Assembly: GCF_016432865.1 (NCBI RefSeq)
Contig: NC_067398.1
Span: 137,702,001-137,766,000, forward strand
Direction: 5' to 3'
Origin: Antechinus flavipes
Lineage: Eukaryota
Length of the DNA stretch: 64,000 nt
Position numbers and translations under genes: made by a program. This document shows, in pieces, positions 43,101 through 56,447 of the stretch (positions are counted from its first letter, which is position 1; every line of letters starts with the position of its first letter). The notes beneath the pieces were generated by a model, which was given only the letters and a program-made list of their open reading frames with translations, was not told the DNA's origin and did not search any database.

Positions 43101-46100
43101 GCACCTCACCCCATAGTGTGGCAGCCTGTTTCCTATAAACCTTGGTAAGGAGAAGCATAGAACTCAAGCAGGCACAAAGGCTTCCCCAAAAATCTGCTTA
43201 TCTGCTCAATTCCTGAAGAATTAATCACGGCTCTGTTATAAGCTTAGACTGAGAAGATCCTAGTCATTTTTTCTCTTTAAGATTTTTCCAGTTACATGTA
43301 AAAACAATTTTAACATGCTTTTAAAACTAATTCCAAATTTTCTCTCTTCATCCTCCTTGTGAAGGCAAGCAATGTTATATATATACACGTATGTGTTTGG
43401 GGAAGGAATATGTTTTTTGGTTTTATCAGCATCCGGCCTTCCCCATCCTAAATTCTAGGGCTTGAATCCAACATATCCCAAAACAAATGAGGTGCGCTGG
43501 TCGGTCCCCGGAGGCCCCCCAGGTTCCACGAGCTACAATGTCTGCAGTTATTGTAGCCTTTTTAGCGGTCCTTTCGAGCTGCTGCAGCGCCACCTGCTGG
43601 CCACATGTTTTCGGACTTCTTTTAGGGACGAGGAGGACGATTTTTAAAGTTCGATTAAAGTTCTTTCCTGCCAGACTTTCCATCGGTTCCCCACTGAAGT
43701 CCGCCAGCCCGTGGGGCCCGCAGCCGGCTCAGCAGCATCCTTCGGTGCCCTTCGGTCCTTCCAGGATGACATAAGACCCGGCTGGCCCTTCCCGGCCCGG
43801 GCGGAGGGTTTCGGCTCCTCCTCCAGCTCCAGGCCTGCCGAGACTGCCCCGGGAAGCCTCCAAGATGGAGCCTCTCGCAGCGACTCCGTTGAAATACTCC
43901 ATCCCCAAGGCCAGGCTGATTGCCGTTTTGTTGTCTATGGTCCTGTGCTCGGTGACCTTGCTCCTGCTGCAGCTGAGGTACCTAAAGCCTAAAATCAAAG
44001 ACTTCTATTCTTTTGAAGTGAAGGATTCAAAGGGAAGGACTGTTTCTTTGGAGAAGTACAGAGGCAAAGTAAGTTGCATCTTGTGATTTTCATTGGTGTG
44101 CCTTTCCCAATACGCCCTTTCTCTCCCCGCTTTGCAGAATCAACCTTATGCTCTGTAATGGGGCTTGATTAGAGGGATCGATGAATTTAAACCACTCTGC
44201 CTACATAAAAGCTTGAGGCATATATCCCAGGGGGAACTATTAGGACACGTCACTTAACCCCTAAGGAAAGGTTTTAATATCACAAGCCAACTAAAGTTTT
44301 TTTTTTTTTTTTTAATTTTCTAAACTAAGCTTTGTTTGTGTTAATGCTTTGGATCATTTCGAGAATAACTAGGGGAGGGGGAAGGGATGGTGATGGGAAT
44401 GGGGATGGAAATGGGAATGAGACTTGTTATGTGAAAATGCAGATACAACTTTTACTTCTATCACTAAAACTCCTTTTTGCACTCCCAGTTGTCTTACTAT
44501 CGATAATTGTGCCAATGCTATCTTTTATAAAAATGTACTTAGAAATGTATTAATCCCAGAAAGGAACTGCTTTGTCCGATGCTGTAATCTCCGAGCTAGT
44601 TTTTCTCCCTGACCTCGCACTTTCTGTAAAAATCTAGGCTTCACTCTATGGTTGCATTTCTTTTTTTCCCGGAGGCTTCACTGATTGTAAACGTGGCCAG
44701 TAACTGCCAGCACACAGACAGAAATTACTTAGCGCTGCAGGAGCTGCACCGAGAGTTTGGATCGTTCCACTTCAACGTCTTGGCTTTCCCGTGCAATCAG
44801 TTTGGAGAATCCGAGCCCCGCCCCAGTCACGAAATAGAAGCTTTTGTAAAATCCAACTATGGCGTAACTTTCCCTATTTTCCACAAGATTAAGATTCTAG
44901 GATCCGAAGGAGAACCTGCATTTAGATTCCTTATTGGTAAATATCTTCACTTGTGTTACGTTTTCTAATTGTCTTTCATTTTTGAGATTAAACCCCTCTG
45001 CTCCCAGACCTTAATTTTCTGTTTTTCATTTCAGAAATGTTTCATTAACAAAGTCTTACAAAAACAATCATCTCATCTTATGTGCTTTGCAAACCGCAAA
45101 AGCACTTTTGTAAACAGTAAAGCGCTATTTAAATGTGAGTTCATATACAAATATTTTAAGAATCCTTGACTTCATTTATGTAATTATTCTGTTGACAAAT
45201 GTAGATGCTTCCATACATTAGTAGACAATATTCATGAATTGCCATGGTTTCTTAAATTCACTATCTGATGACCCAGAAAGTAATCTCCAGTCTTAATTTT
45301 ACTGGTAAGACAAAAACACGGTTCATCCTCACCTTAGTACGTTCCTTTACAATTAGTTATTGGCAAACTTTTTAATGAAACATATACTTATGAAATGTAT
45401 TTCGTTTATCTCACCTTGCAAATTCTTCATTGCATAATTTAATTTACTTCCGTTTATTCAGCATTTATTCACCTACTCCATGCCATGGTGAGGCATTTTT
45501 AAGATTTTAGTGGAGACTTAGCAAGTTTTGTTACACCAAAATTAGTGTTTCATTTTCTTTGGTAACACAAGATCTGATCCAATTAAATTGCAGTTTTTAA
45601 TTCAGAAAGCATTGCCATAGCTATGCAACTTATTTCATGACAGATTTCACCTTGCAAATTCTTATTAGCATAGCTTCACCAAATTTAATAGGGAAACACC
45701 TAATTGTTCTATAACCCTAAATAATGAGAAAGGAAATTTTCCTGCCAGCTACAAAAACCTGTTTGGCTATCTTCAAAAGCTTGCTAACAAAGTAAAATAG
45801 CTTTCATGCTTGAATTACCCAGTCCTATATCATAACACATTCAGTATGGATCCTTGTGATTTTAAGCACCACTGATACATGTTATGAATCAAAAGTTCTT
45901 TATATTCTTCCATGGTGTATATGTATCCCTTTTAATTATATTATATGAAGCAGCTGGGAAAATTTATCAGGTTAAGATCTGATATCCTGAAAAATAAACG
46001 TAATGACTATCTAGCAGTGTAGACAAAGGAGCCAGTAGGAGCACTGTTATTACTGGTTGTAGTTCTCAAAATATATGGGTACAACGTCTACTCAAATAGA

Positions 46101-49100
46101 AATGCCCCAACTCAATAAGCTTTTCTTTTCTGCCCTGTGTGAGGGACTCTGTGCTAACTACTACAAAAATAAAAGTCCTTCCTTCCAGGAGCTACATTCT
46201 TCTGGGAAGACCAATTAGGAAGTACTGCCATAGTCCAGGCAAGGAGTGCTTGGACTCAAATCTAACATTTGATTTTTTCATTCCATGAAAAGCACCATAG
46301 GCATTTTAGATTTAAGAAGTACAAATTATCCTTGCTTTCAAGAAGCCAACAAGCTACTGACTGCCCTCTCATATCTGTGATCTTCTAGTTCGTTCTTCCA
46401 TGTCTTTTGCTTGCTCTTTCCCAAAAATTTGGGACATCCACCCATGTACTTCTAGGCTTCTCATCACCTCTACAAAGATGGATCCTAGGTGTCCACTTTC
46501 CACTCAATCTTGGACCATCTCTCATATGGACACGCCCCTCAGGCTCACTATAAAAGCATTTATCCCTTCTATCCCAAAGCCGACAGGCACACTTCTTTCA
46601 TACTCTGTCCTCCCTGGACACACATCTTGAGCTGGACATTCGGAGCTCCTCCTTCCTCCAGCCCAACTCCAGCCTCCCTTGTGGTCCTTAGTTCCAAGCT
46701 TCACAAATGCTTAGCCAGATTGCCTGCTCCTTTTCCCTCTTCTTACTCTGCTCTCCCCTCCTCTCCCTAATCTCTTCCTAGGGAAATCCTTCGGGCCCAT
46801 CTTAGGCACTACTTTCAGGAAGTTTCCTCAAATACTCAATTTCTCCATATTCACATCCCTCATTGGATCACTGCATCTTCTGGACTAATTTCTATCAGTT
46901 ATGTATGACCTCTCCCCTGCAAGATTATGAGCTCTTGAAACACATGGACTGAGTGCCATCCAATTTTATCTTTTGATCACTGGTGTTAGGATAGGGCCTA
47001 ACATGTAGCAGGCATATATGTTCTCCTTAAATTGAAACTAAATAGAAAGCCAAAGGTGTGAAGCATTAAAAAGTTTAAACAATGTATTGTGGAAGCCATA
47101 GAAAAGGAAATGATTATATCACGTCTGGGGGATCAAGACAAGCTTCATAAACGTTTGAAATAACTAGACTTTAAAGGATAAATGGAATTTCAATAACTAT
47201 TCTAGGACAAGCTAAGGAGATAAAGATCCAAAGTCAAAGACAGGATTTCTTTTGAAGAATGATGGAATAGTTCAGCTTTTCTGAACATCACATGCATGAG
47301 AAGTATTAAAAGTTGAAACAAAGTTGGGAATACATCACCGAGCATTAGAATGGATTTTATCCCATAGATAATGGGGAACTATTGAAATCATGGAAATATG
47401 TCTCATATTAATCTGGCCTCAGTTGTAAGCTATATTCAGTGGAAGAGAGACAGGTAATGGCAATGGAAAGGAGGGAATAGATGGGAGATATTTAATCAGA
47501 TGCTGCTGACTATTTTTGGGGGTTTTTTTTGGCTATATTCACCTAAAAATTCAGTATTCATTTTTTTATTTGCAGCTCAATAATCTTCATTCACAACCCA
47601 AATCTTAAAATCAGTCCTCTAATTTTAATGTTAGAATTATAGTAATAGTCCTCTCCTTGTTAATTTCTGAAATCCCATTGCTCAAAAAGTGAAAGAATTT
47701 ACAAAGCTATGTTGATTCTAGGTTTGCTTTGAAGCCAAGCAATATTTTGGGACTAACGTATAAAAACTTCAAATGCTATTGAGAATTAGGTCTTTTTAAA
47801 GTTTTGAACAGGGTGGACCTAGATAAAGCAGCATTTTAACTCTCATCTCCTTGTGTAATGAAAACTTTTTTTTTACCATAAATTGTTATATGCTTTGAAA
47901 CCTTCTCCATTGTAGAATTTCCATTCCTTGAAATTTTCTTCTAGTTAGAAATGTTTCTTTAAATGTTGCATCTTTAAATCAGTCAATCAGGTGGGCCCAA
48001 ATGATCTTCATCCATAAATTTAAATTGCACATCAACTGACATGAAATGGTATTTAAAAGGCAAAAATTTCCTTTCCTACCTTAAACCTACTTTAAGGTTC
48101 ATGTTATTCTTCAGTTTTTGTAGCTATTATGTTCTTTAACATTTCAAACAACTATATACTAAATACAAATTAAACCACAGTCACCTAGTTATTTTATCCA
48201 TTAAAATTAAATGAACAAGATAAATTTCTATTTAACATTCTTCCAAAATGAACTATTTCACACCATCCCCAAAAGATCTGTAGAAAATCTTTAAGTACAT
48301 CAATATCTGGATCTTTCAACTTTTTCCTAAAATGGTTTGACTAACATTACAGATTCAGGAAACTGATTCCTAAATCCTCATTTAAGCAATATTTAGTTGT
48401 TAGGGCTCTGTCTCTTTTGATTATCCTATATTTACTGGTTTTATATCACTCAGAATGTAAACTCCTTGGGCTAGGGACACATTTTTGTATTTGTATTCAC
48501 AGCACCCAGCACAATGTCTTACATAAAGGTTTGTTGAGTTGAAATGAATTCAGGAAAGATGGTGCCCGAAATTAAGTTTAAGATTTTGAATTACACTGAA
48601 ATTTAATGTTAATTTGTCTACTCATTTTTTTTAGATTCATCAAAGAAGGAGCCAAGATGGAATTTTTGGAAATATCTTGTCAATCCTGAGGGTAAAGTTG
48701 TGAAATTCTGGAGACCTGAGGAATCCTTGGAAGCCATCAGACCAGATGTGGCAGCTTTAGTTAGACAAATTATCATTAAAAAGAAAGAAGACCTTTGAAA
48801 CTGTCATTAAGTATATGAATCTAAAGCAGCAGTGAGAGCATCAAAATGTCTAAATGTCATTTTGGTTATTTATCTTAAATCATTCCAACAATTCTAGAAC
48901 CCAATTAAATATGATTAAATATGATCTCTAAGTGGAAGAATGTTATCTCTAAGTGCCCAGGATATAGATGTTCCTCTCTCTCCTTGTCCCTCATCCCAAA
49001 GAGATTTTTCAAGCTGGACATAAAATCAAAATTAAATATAGCCTCATCAAAAAGTTAAAATTCAGAGTGCTTCACCACCAAAGCTCACTACTATCCATTT

Positions 49101-52100
49101 AACATGAAACTTTTATGTGTTTATAATCGATGGATTAAATACATACTACCCCACTGCTATGTAAAGGACAATTAAATTTGAACAATATTACTAAAAATTT
49201 TGTATGATCAGTATAAGCAGAAGAGAGGTATTGGAGGTATCATAGTACCTAAGATAAATGTTCAATCTTATGCATTTTCAAATTTGTAAATAAATTTTTA
49301 AGTAGAATTCTTCTTCCATCTTTTGTCCAAATATGTCCAGCTCTTCATGACCCCGTTTGGGATTTTATTGGCAAAAGATACTATTTCCTTCAGCTCAAAA
49401 GGCTTAAGAGACATGCCCAGAATCTGAGTCCAGATTTGAACTCAAATGAGAATTTCTGACTTGGGACTGTCACTTTATCCACTGAGCTACCTAGCTTCCC
49501 CCTCTGGCATCCTAGTATTTTTTATTATTTTGACAAATCTGTCACAATTTTCATATCATATACTATTTAGGAACTTTCTAAATTTTAGTAAAGCATTTCT
49601 CTTAATTTCCTAACATTCCTCTAATTCCACAAGTGGTGCTTATATCCAGTCTATCTACCTTGAATTTGGAAAAATAACTGAAAATATGTCCAAATATATA
49701 TGTAATGATTCAAAACAATTAACCACAGATTGATCATTTCTGTTAAGGGTGAACTGTCCACTTAGCAAGTAATTTTTGCTTGATTCTTGACCATTGTGAT
49801 GGCAGGGAGTAGGGGAACAGGAGAGCTCAACCCCTAGATAGTTATAGTGAATAAACATGGAGAACTATAATTATTACAAAAGCTATTTATTTAAGTCTGA
49901 ATGTAACAATTTTTCTTCCCAAAATCAATTTCAGAGTTTTGTCAGTCACATCATAGTCATGTTCTAATCACAAGTAATCAACCCCTAAACAGTAAAGAAG
50001 CCTTTCTGATTTTGTGTTCTAATTATGTCTTCCTATGAAGACAAGGGAGCAACGAAGTGGGACTAACAGCCAAGTGAAAAGAATCACTTCAAATTTGGCT
50101 TAGAGGGACAGGAGCCAGTTTTTCTGGTTTAGCTTCATTTTGCTCTGTTGGTGGGGATTCTTGGTAAGGTAAGGCAGCCTTGCCCCTCTGCCATGAAGCT
50201 ACTGCTCTAGATTCAGGTGAAGATAGAAGAGATTCCACAATTAGGTTCTAAACAATTTTGAAACTAAAGTTCTTAAAGGGACATAGCAAGAAATATTTGC
50301 AGAAGTACACCAGCATGTGTTTTTAACTACCTCAGTTTGCCTAATAATTTTTTTAAAGTTTTGATAAAAGGTCAAGGCTTTGGAATTCTTAAAACTCACC
50401 TGTTATATAACTAAAGCAGCATTCTAAATTATAGATTTTTTAAGGACAAAGACTTTCTTTGCTTTTGGGAAGAGTTCAGGAGACCTGGATCCCACTCTTA
50501 GCTCTCCGCTATTTTGTTATATGATTCTGAGCAAATCATTTAACCTTTCTGGATCTCAATTTCCCCATCTGTAATTGAGGAGTTTGGACCAAATCCTCTC
50601 TAAAGCCCCTTCCCCCCAGACCATTTGGATGAATCTGACAATAATGATATTTGAAATATGAAAATAAGATCAAATGCTAATAGGTTTCTCTTTAATTTCC
50701 AATTACATGTAAAAACAGTTCTTAATTTTCATTTCTTATTTTGAGTTCAAAATTATCTTTCACCTTCTCTCCCCTCCCATTGAAAAAGCAAGCATTTTAT
50801 AAAGGTTATACATATGCAGTTATGTAAAACATTTCCATGTTAGTCTGAGTCTTTTCTCAAACTGAGACCTGTTGAAGACCTTAGCATAAAAAGGCCAAGG
50901 TCTCCCACTGCATCCAGGGCCAGCTCCAGCCGTCCTGCTCTGTTATCTTGCCACGGATTCAGATGGCTCTGGAAGAAAAAGTGAGGCAGGTGACCTTGCA
51001 CAACCCTCTCTCCCTTAAATCCAAGTCACTTGCATGTCATGTCATGGCTTCCCCTCCTTGATGCACTAACAGCAGCAGACCTCCTACCTATCAAACACTC
51101 CTCTGTCTTCCTCACAGCCCCGAATTCTGGATGCTCTTAGTGTCCTGTGCCCTTCTCTCTCTCGACAGATATTCTTTGGTGATTTCATTAGTTATCAGGG
51201 ATTTGATCATCATTTCTATGCAGAAGGATCAACAAATCTATCTATCCATTCCCATTCTCTGTCCAAGCCTCTGTCCCACATCACTGATTGCCTTTTGCAC
51301 ACTCAAAAATGTATATTCTGCATATAACTCAAAACTTGACACATAACTCATTTCATCAACCAAAAACCTTCTCCCTTCCAAACTTCCCTAAGTCCAAAGC
51401 ACCCCCATTTCTCCCATTTCCAAGGCTCATAACTAACTCATGGATCTAACCAATTTCCAAACTTGCCTTTTCAACCTCTGTCCCATCTCTCCCATCCATG
51501 CCCTCTCTCTTCACCCCCACCTTACTCCAGGCCTTCATTGGTCACCCTCAGCCAAACCAGCCACCTCTGCTCTCCACCTCTTGCCTCAGCACCTTTCATC
51601 CCAGATCCCCCCCTTAAGTTACAAGTCACCGCCAATGCCCCCAACTCCTCATATCCTTTTCCAAACTACCTTTCAATGACCTTGTTATTTATTCACTACT
51701 TGGTTTCTACCACACATATTAGAAAGGTTAACAAACACTTAATGGTTAATTCTGTTCACAAGGAAAGCATTCCTATATATTATAAAGCCAATTAAGAATT
51801 CTTTTTTGCATGGTTATGAGGAGAAGGAAGAAACCCTCATCTCCAGGGAGGGGTCTTATAACTTGTATGTACTGAACCAAAGTATATAACATTGAAATTG
51901 TGGGGCACTTCCAAATTATACTGGACTCTTACAACTGGATTTTAAGGTAGAAAACTTTATATCACTCTTAAATATAATAAACATTCCTCCCCCCAACATT
52001 CAGGAAAATAAGAAAACTAGTTATCTGAATGTTCTTCCTTACTGCCTGAATACAGGGGAGAATACCTAGATACTCTCAGAAGAAATCCTGTAATGGATTT

Positions 52101-54768
52101 TCTCTCATTTATGCAAGAAATGCTGTACAAAATTGATTCTCCTGTGACGAAAGATGAACAAAATAAAGACCAAAGTACCTCTAATCAGGGTTAAGAAAAA
52201 AAGTATTTCTTCATTAAACTTAATGTAAATAAAGAAATACTAAGAAATGTCATATAAGTGCTTTAAACAATTTGCTTAAACCTGCCCTGATGACAGAACA
52301 TGTGGAAATGTGGAAGTGTATGCAGTTGCTGGAAAATAAGAAAAACAGCTAACTAACAATACACTGCCCAATCACCACACACATATACTAAAACCATACT
52401 TTTGTCAACTAGCTCTTCTGCCAGCTCAAACAAAAAATCTTTTCAGGTCAAAAAAAAAAAGAAAAAGAAAATGAACATATAGCCAAAGTACAGGTATATG
52501 TTGTTCTAAATTTCAACTCATCTTTGAATCAACTATATGTGAATCAACTGGTAATATAATGATGCACATTCAAGGGATTGGGATCTTTTTCAAGTGAGAT
52601 TTGATTGGGGCAAGGAGAAAAGCCATTAAACTGCAGCACCCAGGGAAAACTGAACAGGAGACCAGATTCAACCTTACATTTGAGTTCATCTTGTTTCTGG
52701 AGTATTGTCACTGGAATCAGAGCTGCTATAATCCAGAAAATGGTTTTTCATCCTCCCACTTCCCCATGTGTGAGAGAGCTCACCCTGGGTAAAGCCTCTC
52801 AGATTTACAAATAGTTAAAGAACTATGAACAACGTATTCTAAGCCTCTCTCCCTCTCTCTAGACATGTCTCTATAGATATGACTTCATCCTTTTCGTTTC
52901 TTGTTTTTCTTGCTTCTATTCTTCTTGTATTTATCTGATTCTTCTATTCCATCCCCCTTTTCTCTTTCTCCATCTTTTTTTTCTTTACCTCCTTCCCTTC
53001 TTATGACTGCCAGAATTAAAAGGTTTTTTAAAGTATCTGTTGAATAAAAGTTATTTCCTGTATTTTTAAAATGTAAAATTCACATGTATGTATGCTTCTG
53101 TGTTTACCTCAATCAATCTTGGTTTAAAATGTCTAGAAATATTTTAGCTTTTCTATTCAAATATTTCTTAAATTTTTAAAAAATGCTACAAATTTATTTC
53201 ATATATTAGACAATGTCAAAACTACTAATTTAAAAACAAAAAATATTTAACAAGTTCCATAATAATTATCAAGTCATTCACTAAATTATAATTGTTGGAA
53301 TTGTTCAATAATGAGGAAAAAAAAGGTGGGATAGTTAGGTGGGAAACTAGCTATATAGCATTAGCTCTGGAGTTAGGAAGAAATGAGTTCAAATTCAGAC
53401 TCAGGTGTTTAGTAGCTATATGACTCTAGACAAGTAAGATACTTAATCCCAAATGCCTCAAAAACAAATCAATGATAATAAAGAATGAAACAGTAAAATC
53501 ATAGAATCATTTTCCTTTATCATCCTAACAACAAAACAATTAAAAGCATGGACATTTAATTTATGCTATGTGGCAGATGCAATAGGACAGCAGTTGCATG
53601 TTAGCTGGTGCATTCAGATATTCAACCAGCTAACAATACACTGCCATCCCATCACAACCAGATACGCAAGGCTTTTCAGAGTCTTCTTGATGATTTCACC
53701 GAAAAAGATGAACCAGTCCAGGAGCAAGTGGCAGGCTAGCCCTGACTGCTCAATTGAACCCAAGCAGACAGCTTACAGCACACTGCCTACCTGACCCAGG
53801 AAATGGGGTCAACCCACTAGAAGAAAGCACATTTACCTTAAAGGCCAAAAAACCTTGATTCCAGTCCCAATTCTACTATTTCCTCTTGTGGGCAAATCTG
53901 TTCCCCATTGTAGAGCTCAGCTTCTCATCCATAAGATGGAGGTAATAGTTGCATTATGTATTTACATGGCTATCATCTGGGGACAACTTTTGCTAAATAG
54001 GAACAACTGCTACTACAGATAGCTTAGTTGTGTATGGTGATTTTCCAATATAAAAAGGGCAGAAATTTACTAACAACTCAACAACATTGTTAGAAAATGG
54101 AAAGAGGAAGCTTGTCTACCCACATTAACTCCATTAAATACCGTACACTTCCAATGTCCAGTGGTTAGATAGTAGGGCCAAAGCTCTACCATCCATTATT
54201 ACATGACAGCCTTGGATGATGACCGTGTCCCTCCATGGTTTTCATTTGGAAAGGTAGCACGGCAGAGCAGAAAGAATGCTGCTTTACACAGATAACAGGG
54301 CAGCTTCTCAAAGTTACTACTCTATGCCAATTTCAGCTTCCATTCAGAGTTCATAAGATAAAGTCATGTCCATGCTGTTCATTCATTAAAGATGAACACA
54401 AGTTTCTTGTATACAATTTTTTAATATTCTACTTAATTGTCAAACATTTCATAAAGTGTAATGGACATTTCCACAACTAGAAATATAGGAATAGTGAGAA
54501 AGGGTATATAGAAAAGTAAGGAATTAACGAAAAGGTCAGAAATTAGAAGCTAGAAGGGAGAGTTAAAAAGGATTGGACTTGATCATAGACATAAAGACTG
54601 GAGGGGACACAAATCATGGATCCAAGGCCCTTCAGTTTTAAAGATGCTCAATTTGCCGGAATGGCTCGCTCACATGGCAATCAAGGAAAACACCTGAGAT
54701 AAGGGCAGAAGGGAAAGTCTAACCCCTGGATTCTACAGCTTTCCCTAGAAAGCCATCAGATGGCAGTG

Positions 54769-54813
<45 letters not shown>

Positions 54814-56388
54814 TTTTTTTTTTTTTAAATCTGATGGTAAAGGAAATGGACATTGACCTAAGCATTGAAGGGAGGAAATGGCAAAAACATGATCCCTGCA
54901 CTTAAGTAGCTCACGTTTTAATGAGACAATGCACACACATGCATTCGTGCATATGTATAAAAATACATTTTTATGTGTATATGACAAAGCAAGGACAATA
55001 GAAATGGGAGTGAGGGAAGGCAATAGCAGTGCAGTGGACAGCAGCAAAGGCTTCTTGCAGAAGAAGAAATTTGAGCTCCATCTCGAAGGGAGCCAGGAGT
55101 TGGAGATGAGGGACAGTCAGTGAAAGGCAGAGAAAGGCAAGGAGACAAAAGAGGGAGGGTTTATAACCACAGATAGAGTGCCTCATGGAGTATGTGGTAG
55201 GGAGTAAGAGACGGAAAGAGTAGAAAAGGGCCAAGTTGTGAAGGGCTAGACAGAGGATTTTATATTGATCCTGGAGGTGACAAGAGAAATATTGACATTT
55301 ACTGAAGTAACATGGTCAGACCTGTACTTTAAGATCACTTTAGTAGCTGAATAGAGGCTAGATTGACATGAGGAGAGACTTGGGGGAGAGCAAGCTAATA
55401 ACCAGAAGGTGTTACATGGAGGAGGGGGAAGACAGATTTGTAAAAACCACACATAAGGGAAGTATATTATAGAATGTGAATGTTCTAGCATTGCAATGAA
55501 CCATTGACACACTTTTGCTTTTCCTCTCATACTTTGCATGTGATGTCCAAAAATTATAGTTTTGCTTCTCTAAAAGTCATAATCCAACACAAATAACCTA
55601 CTTTGGCAGGAAAAATAATATATTACACTCATAAATTATTGCATTATTTAAAAATGTATTTAATGTTTCAAATTTGTCAAAATATATTTCCTTTTCTTAA
55701 TTTATCCAAGTTTACAAATAGGGCTCATCCATTCACTTTTATCCTTGACTATCTCTTCCCATGTTCCTTGGGGAGTTTACTCCCTCATTATTCACTAATT
55801 TGTGTACTGGCTCTTTTTCTGACATTCACAGACAAGCTCAGAATTCCCTTATACTGAAAAAAGCTTTCCCTTGCCCTAGCCATACTCTCAAATTTTCAAG
55901 GCTAAACTCCCAAGAGTACTTACACTCTCACTGCCTCCTCTCCATTCACTCCTGAATCCATTCCAGTTTGCTTTAATCTCAGTCCTCTACAGAAATTACT
56001 CTCAAAATTGCCAATTGTCTCTTAATTGCTAAATCCAATGGCTTTTCAGTCCTCAATCTGCTTGATTTTGATGTCCTGAGAGTATCTCAAACTTGTCCAA
56101 AACTGAACTTCAGATCTTCCTTATTAAATCCACTACTCCATACTTCCCTATTTAAGTGATGTCATCACCAACTTCACAATCACCCCAGTTCAAAATCAGT
56201 CACATTTGACTTTTTACTTTCCCTGAATCTCCCTCTATATCTCTTACCACTACAGCATCTTTTAAATCCATTTCTTCTATCTTCTCATCTACCTAATATC
56301 CTAGGTTCAAAATCTCACTACTACTGTCTGAATTATTTTAATTAGCCTTCTGATTGGTCTTCCTGCCTCTAATATCTGTTTTGGTATG

Positions 56389-56447
<59 letters not shown>

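Noticed and set aside
43426-43998. Several overlapping 60-95 aa ORFs on both strands
   Set aside because: Stop-poor GC-rich GPX8 promoter and antisense shadow of exon 1; no recognisable protein.
46530-46560. GC-box plus TATAAAAG in GPX8 intron 2 as a cryptic or LTR promoter
   Set aside because: No LTR termini, TSD or CpG enrichment seen; short motifs expected by chance.
49150-49160. CACTGC in the GPX8 3' UTR as a miR-449 site
   Set aside because: Only an offset 6-mer, not a canonical seed match.
54761-54772. Plus-strand TGGCAGTGTA, identical to the miR-449a 5' end
   Set aside because: Wrong strand for the cluster, runs into a (CA)n repeat, no complementary arm.
55920-55940. CACTGCCT seed complement as a possible miR-449c
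   Set aside because: The rest of the sequence does not match the family, no hairpin, and it lies in L2-like sequence.
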